Assembly: GCA_963695335.1 (NCBI GenBank)
Contig: OY968764.1
Location: 768,001 to 832,000 of the forward strand
Source: an uncultured bacterium
GTDB taxonomy: Bacteria > Babelota > Babeliae > Babelales > Vermiphilaceae
Length of the DNA stretch: 64,000 bases
Reading direction: 5' to 3'
Below are positions 10,289 through 19,059 of the stretch, piece by piece (the stretch's first letter is position 1; each line of letters starts with the position of its first letter). The translations under genes were made by a program, and so were the position numbers. The notes beneath the pieces were generated by a model that searched no databases, was not told the origin of the DNA, and saw nothing but the letters and a program-made list of their open reading frames with translations.

Positions 10289-11575
10289 ATGAAAAGGGCA
10301 ATGATGAAAAAAATGATAGTTATTGCGATGATGGTAATTATTACTAGTAGTTCTGATGCCAAGGTAATGAAAAGAATGAGTGATGTACAAGCAGTGTTAT
10401 CACGTCCTGCCGTGGCACCAGCTCCAATTCCAGTATCTGTGCCAAAAGTTGATCAGGATGCCATTACAAAAAGACTAGACGAACAGTTACGTTTTCCCGT
10501 GGAAAGTGCATGGAATGATAGAATTAATGATTTATTTGATCTTGCGATGGTAAATCGAGAGCTAGCGCGTGATTATTTTATAAAAATGCGATCAAAAATG
10601 GAGAGTGCGGAAGTTAGGCCTCTTGATGTTGAAGAGAAAAAACCAACAGAATCCATGTTGCCGGCAGGCGTAGAACCAATGAAAAAAGGGACAAAGCCTG
10701 CACCTAAACCGGCTGCTCCAAAAGCACAAGTAACTGAAGGTCCTAAAGCTGAAGTAATAGAATCTACATTGCCGGCTGGTGAAGAGCCAATGAAAAAATC
10801 TACAGGAAGACCAGCTCCTCAACGTAAACCAGCTGTACCAAAAGCAGAAGCAACTGAAGCTCCTAAAGTTGAAACACCTGAAATTCCATCTGGTGAAGAA
10901 ATGAAAAAAGGCACCAGACCTGCACCTTCAAGAAAACCTGGTGCTCCATCTGGTGGTCCTAAAAAAGCATTAACACCAGCAAAAGGAGAAGCGGCAAAGC
11001 CTGTGGCTTCTAAAGAGACAGCACCAAAAGTTGTTGAACAAATTTTTAGTGTGTCAAGGTTACAACAATTAGATAATGATAAACTCATGGAATTGTTGAA
11101 TGATCTTTTAGAAAAATTGGGAACAGTGCCAAGTAATTGGAATGGTATGATAGTTGAAAGGGTAGAAGAAAAAACTCAATACAGCTCTAAAATTCGTAAT
11201 GTATATGGAGCCCCGGTTGCAAAATGGACTAACGATATAAATACTTTGAAAAAAGTGATTATTTCTAAAAATATAATGCCTGAAGCAGAAGTTACACAAA
11301 AAATAGCTGATAGGATTGCACAGGTAAGAGCTGAAAAAAATGTAAAGCCTGCAGTGTCTACCCAGCCAGAAGAAAAGCCAAAAGAAGAGTTAACAGAAGA
11401 AGATTTAGTAAAATTGATTAAGGCGCAGTTAGCAGATCCTAAAGCAGATCAAATTGGTTGGGTTGTTTCTATAAAGGGTAATATAAAAGCGCTTGATAAG
11501 TTAAATCATGATGCAGCAATGCAATATCATGATCAATTTATTAAACTTACAAAAGAAAGACCGTTTTTGAAATAA
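10289..11575 (+). CDS. Secreted hypothetical protein with a Pro/Lys/Glu-rich repeat region
   Basis: Signal peptide; three imperfect P(A/S)G(V/E)E-MKK-(K/R)PAP repeats. Confidence 0.7.
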   Translation: MKRAMMKKMIVIAMMVIITSSSDAKVMKRMSDVQAVLSRPAVAPAPIPVSVPKVDQDAITKRLDEQLRFPVESAWNDRINDLFDLAMVNRELARDYFIKMRSKMESAEVRPLDVEEKKPTESMLPAGVEPMKKGTKPAPKPAAPKAQVTEGPKAEVIESTLPAGEEPMKKSTGRPAPQRKPAVPKAEATEAPKVETPEIPSGEEMKKGTRPAPSRKPGAPSGGPKKALTPAKGEAAKPVASKETAPKVVEQIFSVSRLQQLDNDKLMELLNDLLEKLGTVPSNWNGMIVERVEEKTQYSSKIRNVYGAPVAKWTNDINTLKKVIISKNIMPEAEVTQKIADRIAQVRAEKNVKPAVSTQPEEKPKEELTEEDLVKLIKAQLADPKADQIGWVVSIKGNIKALDKLNHDAAMQYHDQFIKLTKERPFLK

Positions 11576-11630
11576 TAGAACTTTATTTTATTTAAATTTG
11601 TGGTACATTATTAACTATATTTTGATCTTT

Positions 11631-11706
11631 GGGTTGCTAGCTCAATTGGCAGAGCAACAGACTCTTAATCTGTGGGTTCTTGGTTCGAGTCCAAGGCAGC
11701 CCACCA
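11631..11706 (+). tRNA. tRNA-Lys (CTT)
   Basis: 76 nt; acceptor GGGTTGC/GCAGCCC; anticodon arm ACAGA-CTCTTAA-TCTGT; GGTTCGAGTCC T-arm; encoded CCA. Confidence 0.96.
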
Positions 11707-11825
11707 GTCTACGCTCTAACGAGCTTCGTCTGGCTGGCGCCGCAAGAAAAGAGCTTAGCAAACACAAAAACTTTGATAAAAACAAGTGTAGACTGTCCGA
11801 CGTAGTTCGCTAGAACGTAGACGGA
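11704..11825. repeat. Inverted pair of B-like palindromes downstream of tRNA-Lys (11704-11733 and 11793-11825)
   Basis: CCAGTCTACGCTCTAACGAGCTTCGTCTGG, and on the minus strand TCCGTCTACGTTCTAGCGAACTACGTCGGACAG. Confidence 0.7.
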
Positions 11826-11874
11826 CGGAAAAACAGAAAAGCGAAGATCAAAGATAATTTTGAAATAAAATAAT

Positions 11875-11959
11875 GCAAGAGTGGCGGAATTGGCAGACGC
11901 GCTGGACTTAGGATCCAGTACCGAAAGGTGTGTGGGTTCAACTCCCTCCTCTTGCACCA
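11875..11959 (+). tRNA. tRNA-Leu (TAG)
   Basis: 85 nt with long variable arm; CTGGA-CTTAGGA-TCCAG anticodon arm; GCAAGAG/CTCTTGC acceptor; encoded CCA. Confidence 0.95.
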
Positions 11960-12054
11960 TACTACGCCAAGGCTTCCTCCTTCGCGTAAAGCTTCGGAGG
12001 ACACAGTCGTTTGGCGCGGTTTACCCTTCGTAGCTCGTTAGAGCGCAGTAGGGC
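11957..12054. repeat. B-family cluster downstream of tRNA-Leu: B nested in B (11957-12014; inner 11975-12006) plus an inverted B-like copy (about 12022-12054)
   Basis: CCATACTACGCCAAGGCT|TCCTCCTTCGCGTAAAGCTTCGGAGGACACAG|TCGTTTGG. Confidence 0.8.
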
Positions 12055-12093
12055 TGGAATTAATAAAAAGTCATAATTTTCGCATATAATTTG

Positions 12094-12119
12094 GATTGGT
12101 GAAAGCCAATCTTTTTTTT
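12094..12119 (+). terminator. Terminator of the tRNA cluster
   Basis: GATTGG-TGAAAG-CCAATC followed by T8. Confidence 0.7.
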
Positions 12120-12204
12120 GTGTCCTATCTCCATTCACATTTCAAATATACCCTTGCAAATTTTGACTAAGTGATGCAGTCTTTAAAAAAAAAGTTTTAA
12201 GGAG

Positions 12205-13533
12205 GTGTTTACGGTGAAGCAAAAAATTACGTTGGATAATAGCTCTCTTTTGAGCATAGAACATAATTATGATCAGTCTAGTTTGTGTCGGGCAACTATA
12301 ACTGTTGCTAAATCTTTAATTAATACTTTTTTTGATGAAACAGCCGTTGCATTACAAAATAATATTCAGGCATATGGCTTTCAACAAGGAGAGGTTCCCG
12401 TAGAATATATTGGTAAACAGTATAAGTTGAACATTACAGAACATCTGAAAGAATTTTTTTTAAAGTTTGGTATTATCAATTTTCTTTTTCAAGAAATACG
12501 AGCGCAAAAGTTACTTGTTGCAGGCGATCCGCGTCTTGTTGATATTTGTTTAGAATATGACCAAGACGCTCGTTTTATTTTTGAATTAAGTGTTTTTCCC
12601 ATGATTGCGTTGAATGAATGGAAATATTTTCCTTTTAAAGCACCTCACAGAAAGAATTATAAAGATTTAGATCGTCAAGTAGAAACATTTGTTCAAGAAG
12701 AGCAAAAAAATTTAGAAAAATATAGTGTTGATAAAGGAATATCGATTGGTGATTGGATAAATTTTACTGTTTCAGTTGTTAATAATAAATATGCGCCTTT
12801 GAATGAAAATTTTTCTCAGAATTTTTGGTTGAAACTCGATAATGAAGATGTTGAAGGTCATTTACAGTCTCTTTTTCTTGGCAAAAAAAAAGGTGATGAG
12901 TTTATTGTTGGCAATAAAGGTTTACAGGATTATTTTAGTGATCAATTACGTGTTTCTTATAATTTTAAAATACATGTTGTTGATGTTGTGCCACATGTTT
13001 ATTTTTGTTTTGATCAATTTAAAGACCATTTTAGAGTAAAAACTAACAAAGATATGCATAAAAAATTGATTGAAGTATTTTCATATCGTAATGATGTTTC
13101 GCAACGTCTTGCAATGGTTGAAGAAGCTTTTAAGTTATTATTGTCACGACATCGTTTTTTTGCACCAAATTATCTTGTTTTGCGTCAACAAAAAATAATT
13201 TTAGGTGCAATTCAGTCTAATCCAGATTATAATGTGTACAGAAAACAAAAAGATTTTAATTTTTGGATTCAACAGTTAGCTGAAAAACAAGTAAAAGAAA
13301 CGTTACTTATTGATCAGCTGATTTATCGTGAAAATATAGTTGTTACGCATGAAGATATCGTAAATTACTTAAATTTAGATAAACGACAACGTATGCGAGA
13401 ATTTATTTATTTTGGTTTACCAGAATCAAAACATTACGGGCAAGAAATGCCGCTGGTAACAAATGAATTAACTCGCGTATGTGCTCGTGAAAAAGCTATA
13501 AATTATGTGATTTACTATTTAACTAAAAAGTAA
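12205..13533 (+). CDS. tig: Divergent trigger factor-like protein
   Basis: GFQQGEVP resembles the GFRxGxxP ribosome-binding motif; GDWINF and FLGKKKGD FKBP-like remnants; typical length; follows tRNA-Leu. Confidence 0.65.
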   Translation: MFTVKQKITLDNSSLLSIEHNYDQSSLCRATITVAKSLINTFFDETAVALQNNIQAYGFQQGEVPVEYIGKQYKLNITEHLKEFFLKFGIINFLFQEIRAQKLLVAGDPRLVDICLEYDQDARFIFELSVFPMIALNEWKYFPFKAPHRKNYKDLDRQVETFVQEEQKNLEKYSVDKGISIGDWINFTVSVVNNKYAPLNENFSQNFWLKLDNEDVEGHLQSLFLGKKKGDEFIVGNKGLQDYFSDQLRVSYNFKIHVVDVVPHVYFCFDQFKDHFRVKTNKDMHKKLIEVFSYRNDVSQRLAMVEEAFKLLLSRHRFFAPNYLVLRQQKIILGAIQSNPDYNVYRKQKDFNFWIQQLAEKQVKETLLIDQLIYRENIVVTHEDIVNYLNLDKRQRMREFIYFGLPESKHYGQEMPLVTNELTRVCAREKAINYVIYYLTKK

Positions 13534-13558
13534 ATATTAATTTAAAAGAAAAACATCG

Positions 13559-14488
13559 ATGGAAAGCAAAACTCACAAACTTATTATTGTTGGTTCAGGA
13601 CCTGCGGGATTAACTGCAGCTATTTATGCGGCCCGTGCAAATCTTGAACCAATTGTTATTGATGGTGATACGCCAGGTGGTCAGTTGATCAAAACATCAT
13701 ATGTTGAAAATTGGCCGGGAGAAAAAAGTATCCTCGGACCACAACTGATGATGAATATGCGTGACCACGCAAAACATTTTGGTACACAATTTGTGTCTGG
13801 CAATGTCACAAGTGTTGATTTTTCACAAAAACCGTTCTCTTTCACCATAGACAATAAAAAAACATTGCGATCCCATGTGGTTATTATTGCAACGGGAGCA
13901 ACTCCAAAACGTCTTGGGGTTCCTGGTGAAGATCAATATTGGGGTAAGGGTGTTACAACCTGCGCGGTGTGTGATGGTGCCTTTTATAAAGATAGAAAAG
14001 TGATTGTTATTGGTGGTGGCGACACAGCCATGGAAGATGCATCATTTTTGAAGAAATTTACCAAAGATATAACCATTATCCATATTTTAGACAAATTTAC
14101 CGCGTCTCATGCTATGCAAGAGCGCGTGATTAATGATCCTGATATTAAGACATATTATAATAGCACTGTTACTGAGATTCATGGCGATGGTAACAAGGTT
14201 ACGGGTGTTACAATGATCAATCAACAAGATGGTACAACGATGCAGCTTGAAGCAGACGGTATTTTTGTGGCTGTTGGGTTGAACCCTAATTCTGCCCCCT
14301 TCAAAGAACATATTACATGCAATAAGGGCGGTTGGATAGAAGTTAATGATCAGACGAGTTCGAACATTAAAGGCGTATTTGTAGCAGGTGATGTACATGA
14401 TTATCGTTATCGTCAAGCAGTAACTGCCGCGGGTGCTGGATGCATGGCAGCGCTTGATGCAGAGCGTTATTTGGCTCATATTGAATGA
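13559..14488 (+). CDS. trxB: Thioredoxin reductase
   Basis: GSGPAG, CAVCDG, GGGDTA, YRQAVTAAG. Confidence 0.97.
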   Translation: MESKTHKLIIVGSGPAGLTAAIYAARANLEPIVIDGDTPGGQLIKTSYVENWPGEKSILGPQLMMNMRDHAKHFGTQFVSGNVTSVDFSQKPFSFTIDNKKTLRSHVVIIATGATPKRLGVPGEDQYWGKGVTTCAVCDGAFYKDRKVIVIGGGDTAMEDASFLKKFTKDITIIHILDKFTASHAMQERVINDPDIKTYYNSTVTEIHGDGNKVTGVTMINQQDGTTMQLEADGIFVAVGLNPNSAPFKEHITCNKGGWIEVNDQTSSNIKGVFVAGDVHDYRYRQAVTAAGAGCMAALDAERYLAHIE

Positions 14489-14510
14489 TTTTATATTTTT
14501 AAGGGGTTTC

Positions 14511-14798
14511 ATGATTAAGAATTTGCAGCTTGTGGCATTAGGGGTAGTAGTTTTGCAAGCAGCGGGTATGAATGCTTCGGAGAATAAGGCAACGAATTGT
14601 CCAAGAAGTCAATTGTCTTTATCGGCTGAAATAGCAAAAAGAGCTACAGTAAAGCATCCAGTTGAAATAAATCAGGTGGAAAAGGGTACAAAAAGACAAT
14701 GTCTTAATTTATCTATACCAAGCTATATTGTATTAGAAAGGCGTGATTGGCACGCAGAGTTACAGAAAAATCCTGATCTTGCATGGTTACCGATTTAA
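14511..14798 (+). CDS. Small secreted hypothetical protein (paralog 1)
   Basis: MIKNLQLVALGVVVLQAAGMNASENK leader; AAGGGG upstream. Confidence 0.65.
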   Translation: MIKNLQLVALGVVVLQAAGMNASENKATNCPRSQLSLSAEIAKRATVKHPVEINQVEKGTKRQCLNLSIPSYIVLERRDWHAELQKNPDLAWLPI

Positions 14799-14806
14799 GG
14801 AATGTT

Positions 14807-15130
14807 ATGTTTAAGAATTTGCAGCTTGTTGTATTAGGAGTAGTAGTCTTGCAAGCAGCGGGTATGAATGCTATGGAAAATAAGTCTCAAACTTCCCCAC
14901 AAACGCCAAGAAGTCCATTGTCTTGTTCACAGCAAGCAAGACGTGATAGCGGTGATTTTCCAACTGTAGCAGGATTGAAACGCTCTCTTGAAAAACGTAA
15001 AGAAGAGCCAAACAGTACCTCATATGCGTATTATCCATGGCCTGGAGGTAACCCGGACTATTTTAACCGCCAGATTAGCGTGACAGACCAAATGAAACCT
15101 TGGTCACCCCATCACTTTTATGGTGTTTAG
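14807..15130 (+). CDS. Small secreted hypothetical protein (paralog 2)
   Basis: MFKNLQLVVLGVVVLQAAGMNAMENK leader; AAGGA upstream. Confidence 0.65.
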   Translation: MFKNLQLVVLGVVVLQAAGMNAMENKSQTSPQTPRSPLSCSQQARRDSGDFPTVAGLKRSLEKRKEEPNSTSYAYYPWPGGNPDYFNRQISVTDQMKPWSPHHFYGV

Positions 15131-15220
15131 ATAAAGACTCTATTCTAAAGTAATAAATTTGAAATTATATCATTTTTGCTTTAGAATAGAGATATAAGTT
15201 GATTTATAGCGGAGAAGATT

Positions 15221-15367
15221 ATGTCATTGACCGTATCCAAAAAAAGTAATATTAAACGTCGCAGAAAGCATGGCTTTCTTAAAAGAATGAGCACAAAAGA
15301 TGGAAGAAAGATCATCAACCGTCGCCGTGCATCAGGTCGTAAACGTTTAGCACCAAGCAAATACTAA
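15221..15367 (+). CDS. rpmH: 50S ribosomal protein L34 (absent from the ORF track)
   Basis: Hand translation [55 protein letters not shown]; upstream of rnpA. Confidence 0.95.
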   Translation: MSLTVSKKSNIKRRRKHGFLKRMSTKDGRKIINRRRASGRKRLAPSKY

Positions 15368-15375
15368 AAAGCTTG

Positions 15376-15442
15376 CCCTTCGTCCTTCGACAGGCGTACA
15401 TCCTTCGCTAAAAGCTTCGGAGCACACGGCAGGATGAGCGGG
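15376..15442. repeat. A monomer interrupted by a degenerate B copy (about 15396-15429)
   Basis: CCTTCGACAGGC|GTACATCCTTCGCTAAAAGCTTCGGAGCACACGG|CAGGATGAGCGGG. Confidence 0.8.
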
Positions 15443-15477
15443 AAGAAGCGAAGTAGGGTTTATCTGAGTAAAATTAT

Positions 15478-15816
15478 ATGTCGGGCATTGTAGGAAAGAT
15501 TTCAAAATTCACCAAACGGGAAATAGATTATCTTTTTAGCAATGCCCGACGTGTTGTTAGAAATCAATTTTGTACTGTTTTGGTTGCTCTTCGTCAAAAA
15601 GAAGATTTTGGCAGAGTTTTGATTGTTGTGTCACGTGCGGTTGGTAATGCTCCGGAACGTAATTTGATCCGACGACGTGTTAAATCTATTTTTTATGAAG
15701 AAAAGTTGTTTGAGCATAATTTTGATTGTGTTGTTATAGCACATAAAAAAATGACAACGCTTTCTTTTGAGCAGATTAAGAAAATGTTGCTAGCGGCGTA
15801 TGAAAATCTTCAATAA
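15478..15816 (+). CDS. rnpA: Ribonuclease P protein component
   Basis: VSRAVGNAPERNLIRRRVK (RNR-like motif); synteny with rpmH. Confidence 0.92.
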   Translation: MSGIVGKISKFTKREIDYLFSNARRVVRNQFCTVLVALRQKEDFGRVLIVVSRAVGNAPERNLIRRRVKSIFYEEKLFEHNFDCVVIAHKKMTTLSFEQIKKMLLAAYENLQ

Positions 15817-15982
15817 ATTAATAATTTTTTTAATTGTCGGCTTTCGTCCATTATTTGGAATAGCTCATTGTAAATATCCTGTAAGTTGTACGCAATTTGC
15901 TACAGAGCAGTTGCAAACCAATTCATTATTGCCGGCGGTGTGGGCAATAATCAAACGTGTTTTGTCGTGTAATCCTTTTTAA
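15800..15982 (+). CDS. yidD: Membrane protein insertion efficiency factor YidD (short)
   Basis: CKYPVSCTQFA...KRVLSCNPF; synteny with rnpA. Confidence 0.82.
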   Translation: MKIFNKLIIFLIVGFRPLFGIAHCKYPVSCTQFATEQLQTNSLLPAVWAIIKRVLSCNPF

Positions 15983-16001
15983 TCCCATTGGGGAGACTCT
16001 T

Positions 16002-17339
16002 ATGTTCGATTTCATCATTTTTGCAGAATTAGCTGCATTTTTTACGTTTGTTACCGTGTTTTTGGTAGCAACATGTTATAAACGTTGCCCTTCAAATAAA
16101 ATTCTGGCGGTGTATGGAAACATTTCCGGTGAACAATCTGTTAAATGTTATCATGGTGGCGGTGCATTTATTTGGCCATTAATCCAAGATTATGCATTTC
16201 TTGATCTGACGCCAATGACATTACACATTCCACTTAAATCAGCATTATCTCAACAAAATATTCGTATTAACGTGCCAAGCACATTCACGGTTGCAATTGA
16301 TACAACGCAAGAAGCGATGAACCATGCAGCAGTACGTTTGCTTGCACTTTCACAAAAAGATATTGAGATGATGGCAACGGAAATTATTATTGGACAGTTG
16401 CGATTAACTATTGCTTCATTAATGATTGAAGAGATTAACCAAGATAGAGAGCGCTTTTTGTTGGAAGTGAGAAAGCATATTGAATCTGAGCTGAAAAAAA
16501 TTGGCCTTATGCTTTTGAACGTGAATATCACCGATATTACTGATGAATCAGGATATATTGAAAGTATTGGCAGAAAGTCAGTTGCCACTGCACTCAATCA
16601 GGCAAAAATTGATGTAGCAAATCAAGAAAAGAGTGGTGATATTGGTAAAACGGAAGCGGAAAAAGAGCGCCGTATCCAAGTAGCTACCTATAATGCTGAT
16701 GCAGTGCAAGGTGAAAATGAAGCCAAAGCAAAAATAGCAAACGTGAATGCGCAGTTGCTTGAGCAAGAAGCTAATGCAAAACGTATTGGGCAAATTGCTG
16801 AACAAAATGCATTTGCAGAGATTTATAAAGCAGCAAGCCTTGCAGAATTAAAACGCCTTGAAGCTGAAGAAATTGTACCCAAAGAAATTGAACGCCGTAA
16901 AATAGAGATTGCAGCAGCAGCTGATGCTGCAAAAAAACGCATTGAAGCAGAGGGTGAAGCTGCAGCAATTTTATCCATTAAACAAGCAGAAGCTGAAGGT
17001 GTGCGTAAAGTATTAGCTGCAAAAGCTGAAGGGTATAAATTGCTTGTGGAAGCGTGTGCAAATAATAGCCAAGATGCAGCAACCATGCTCATGATTGAAA
17101 AGCTAGAAGAAGTTGCAAAACTGCAAGCTGAAGCTATTAAAAATCTTAAGATTGATAAAATCACCGTGTGGGATAGTGGCTCATCTGAAAAGGGCAGTTC
17201 AACAGCTAACTTTGTAAGCAGCATGATTAAATCATTACCGCCACTTCACGAAATTGCCGCAATGTCTGGCGTTAATTTACCGTCATATTTGGGTGATTTG
17301 GAAAAGAAGAGTAATGATGAATGGCAAAAGCAGATTTAA
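16002..17339 (+). CDS. Flotillin / SPFH-domain protein
   Basis: N-terminal TM, HGGGAFIWPLIQ, IEEINQDRERF, AEA-rich coiled coil, IDKITVWD; GGGGAG RBS. Confidence 0.9.
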   Translation: MFDFIIFAELAAFFTFVTVFLVATCYKRCPSNKILAVYGNISGEQSVKCYHGGGAFIWPLIQDYAFLDLTPMTLHIPLKSALSQQNIRINVPSTFTVAIDTTQEAMNHAAVRLLALSQKDIEMMATEIIIGQLRLTIASLMIEEINQDRERFLLEVRKHIESELKKIGLMLLNVNITDITDESGYIESIGRKSVATALNQAKIDVANQEKSGDIGKTEAEKERRIQVATYNADAVQGENEAKAKIANVNAQLLEQEANAKRIGQIAEQNAFAEIYKAASLAELKRLEAEEIVPKEIERRKIEIAAAADAAKKRIEAEGEAAAILSIKQAEAEGVRKVLAAKAEGYKLLVEACANNSQDAATMLMIEKLEEVAKLQAEAIKNLKIDKITVWDSGSSEKGSSTANFVSSMIKSLPPLHEIAAMSGVNLPSYLGDLEKKSNDEWQKQI

Positions 17340-17364
17340 TAATAGATGATCGAAGGGACAAATT

Positions 17365-17739
17365 ATGATGAAAAAAGAAATGTTGTTCATGTTGGTAATT
17401 GGATTTGTAACTCATAATGTATTGATTTATAGCAAGGACTGGGTATTATTGCCAGATAAAATTACATTAAAGAGTCGTTTAGTTGAAAATGGTTTTGAAT
17501 ATTTCGATGAAAGAATGAAATTGACGGATACATTTGGTTCTAAACGCATGAATCCTACTGGGGTTGCTGTAGCATTAGAATTGGTAGTATGTGATTTTTG
17601 TAAAGAATATTCAGCAGTTCATTGTGCCATAGCACAGAAATCAAAAAGGGGGATAATAGAAGTGCTGTTGGAAGATCGTTCAGGTCCAATTCATGAAGCA
17701 TGGAATGAATTGAATTCACTTGAGCGTTTAAAAAAATAA
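17365..17739 (+). CDS. Hypothetical protein
   Basis: ORF with RBS-like AAGGG and hydrophobic N-terminus. Confidence 0.6.
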   Translation: MMKKEMLFMLVIGFVTHNVLIYSKDWVLLPDKITLKSRLVENGFEYFDERMKLTDTFGSKRMNPTGVAVALELVVCDFCKEYSAVHCAIAQKSKRGIIEVLLEDRSGPIHEAWNELNSLERLKK

Positions 17740-17777
17740 ATTATTTATAGCATAATTTTCACAATATTAATGAAATG

Positions 17778-17819
17778 AAAATAAACCCTGACCTGTAAAA
17801 AGAGCAGGGTTTATTTTTT
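17778..17819. terminator. Bidirectional terminator between convergent units
   Basis: AAAATAAACCCTG...CAGGGTTTATTTT. Confidence 0.65.
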
Positions 17820-17821
17820 GA

Positions 17822-18053
17822 TTAACTGTCCATTGTGACATATTCTAAATCTTCTATTTTGGCGCTGTTATAATTCAATCCCAATTCTTTAAGAAAAGAT
17901 GTTAATCCTATAAAATTGCTAATGTCAACTACTTGATTGTTAAGCCCAACAAGCTTCGCATTCATCACATATTTTTATTGTTATTCCTAAATCAACAATT
18001 TTTGCTCTGTAAATATTTCCTTGTCCTTCACATACAGGGCAGAGCATTATCAT
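17822..18053 (-). pseudogene. Frameshifted Zn-ribbon (candidate immunity) gene, paralog of the 18062-18508 N-terminal domain
   Basis: MIMLCPVCEGQGNIYRAKIVDLGITIKICDECEACW, then one extra base near 17945, then LNNQVVDISNFIGLTSFLKELGLNYNSAKIEDLEYVTMDS*. Confidence 0.85.
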
Positions 18054-18061
18054 ATCAATCC

Positions 18062-18508
18062 TTATATTTTTACGGGATAAGCTGTTTTGATTTCAGCTGT
18101 GCCAGGTTTAACAATTATTTTTATTGCGGACTCTCCATTTGTACCAACAATTTTTTTCACGTTTATGATATATGCTCCGGGATCATTGGCTAAAGGGGCA
18201 TCTTTCATCATCCATGCTTCATCAATTAAAGATATTATTTCTTCTCTTGGGACATTAAAGAAGGTTCGTATTCTTTCGTTTGAGGATGCTTCTAGGTAGC
18301 CTAGATCTATTATTTCAGTATCTTGATAAACTAGATTATGTTCCTCAAGAAAAACAGTTAAATCTTTGAAGTTGTTAATGGTTATTTTTTGATTTTCAGG
18401 CCAGCAAGCATCGCATTCATCACATATGTTTAAGATAATCCCTAAATTAAGCACTTTTGCTTTATAGATTAATCCTTGATTATCACATCTTGGGCATAAG
18501 GTTGTCAT
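18062..18508 (-). CDS. Zn-ribbon candidate immunity domain fused to a truncated nuclease-toxin fragment
   Basis: CPRC...CDECDACW N-terminal half; C-terminal half LIDEAW...IVGTNGE...TAYPV aligns with 21126-21659. Confidence 0.7.
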   Translation of the reverse strand: MTTLCPRCDNQGLIYKAKVLNLGIILNICDECDACWPENQKITINNFKDLTVFLEEHNLVYQDTEIIDLGYLEASSNERIRTFFNVPREEIISLIDEAWMMKDAPLANDPGAYIINVKKIVGTNGESAIKIIVKPGTAEIKTAYPVKI

Positions 18509-19041
18509 AAAATATCAACATCCTCGAGTTCTTTCCATAACCCTTTGAGACCAATCGATTTCATAAATTTTTTGTAATCTTGAGCATTGTCCGTTCGAAT
18601 GTCTTCTGTTAGCCATACTAATTTACATGGCTTACAAATATAAATCTGTAAATCTTTGCCAATAACAGTTGCTTTTTCAATTAAGCTAAATTTCATTGCT
18701 ACTTTTGGATCAGGGCAACAGACAGGACAAAAAACAACTTTACAATTTTTTTGGAAATCTTCAGGTTTTACATTGGTAGGTCTATTTATTAATCGGTCAT
18801 ACAGAAACTTAAGAAATTTTTCTGTTTTTTCTATATCAAATATTCTGTTACCATATTTATCAATAAAACGGGATGCAAAGTCATAATTGTTAGTTTGTAT
18901 AATTTGATGAAGCTCTCTAATTAGTCGCAATTGGGTTTCATCATGTTCATGATCTTTAAAATTTTGAATAATCCTATTTAAATCCTTAAAGCCTTCGCTC
19001 TCGTTAAAACAGCACTCAAAAAAGTATTTTAATATTTCCAT
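18505..19041 (-). CDS. Candidate double immunity protein (CdiI-like helical domain plus Zn-ribbon domain)
   Basis: Directly follows the toxin; LKYFFECCFNE N-terminus resembles CdiI_2-type proteins; CPVC...IYICKPCKLVW C-terminal domain. Confidence 0.62.
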   Translation of the reverse strand: MEILKYFFECCFNESEGFKDLNRIIQNFKDHEHDETQLRLIRELHQIIQTNNYDFASRFIDKYGNRIFDIEKTEKFLKFLYDRLINRPTNVKPEDFQKNCKVVFCPVCCPDPKVAMKFSLIEKATVIGKDLQIYICKPCKLVWLTEDIRTDNAQDYKKFMKSIGLKGLWKELEDVDIL

Positions 19042-19059
19042 GATATATTTTTCCTGTAA

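Noticed and set aside
10196..10390. 64-aa minus-strand ORF containing ALVLSLSK
   Set aside because: Translation of repeat A plus the antisense of a real gene.
11598..12004. ORFs 11598-11813, 11709-11960 and 11810-12004
   Set aside because: Shadow frames over the two tRNA genes and B repeats.
17933..18193. 86-aa plus-strand ORF
   Set aside because: Antisense to the Zn-ribbon genes, which have clear internal homology on the minus strand.
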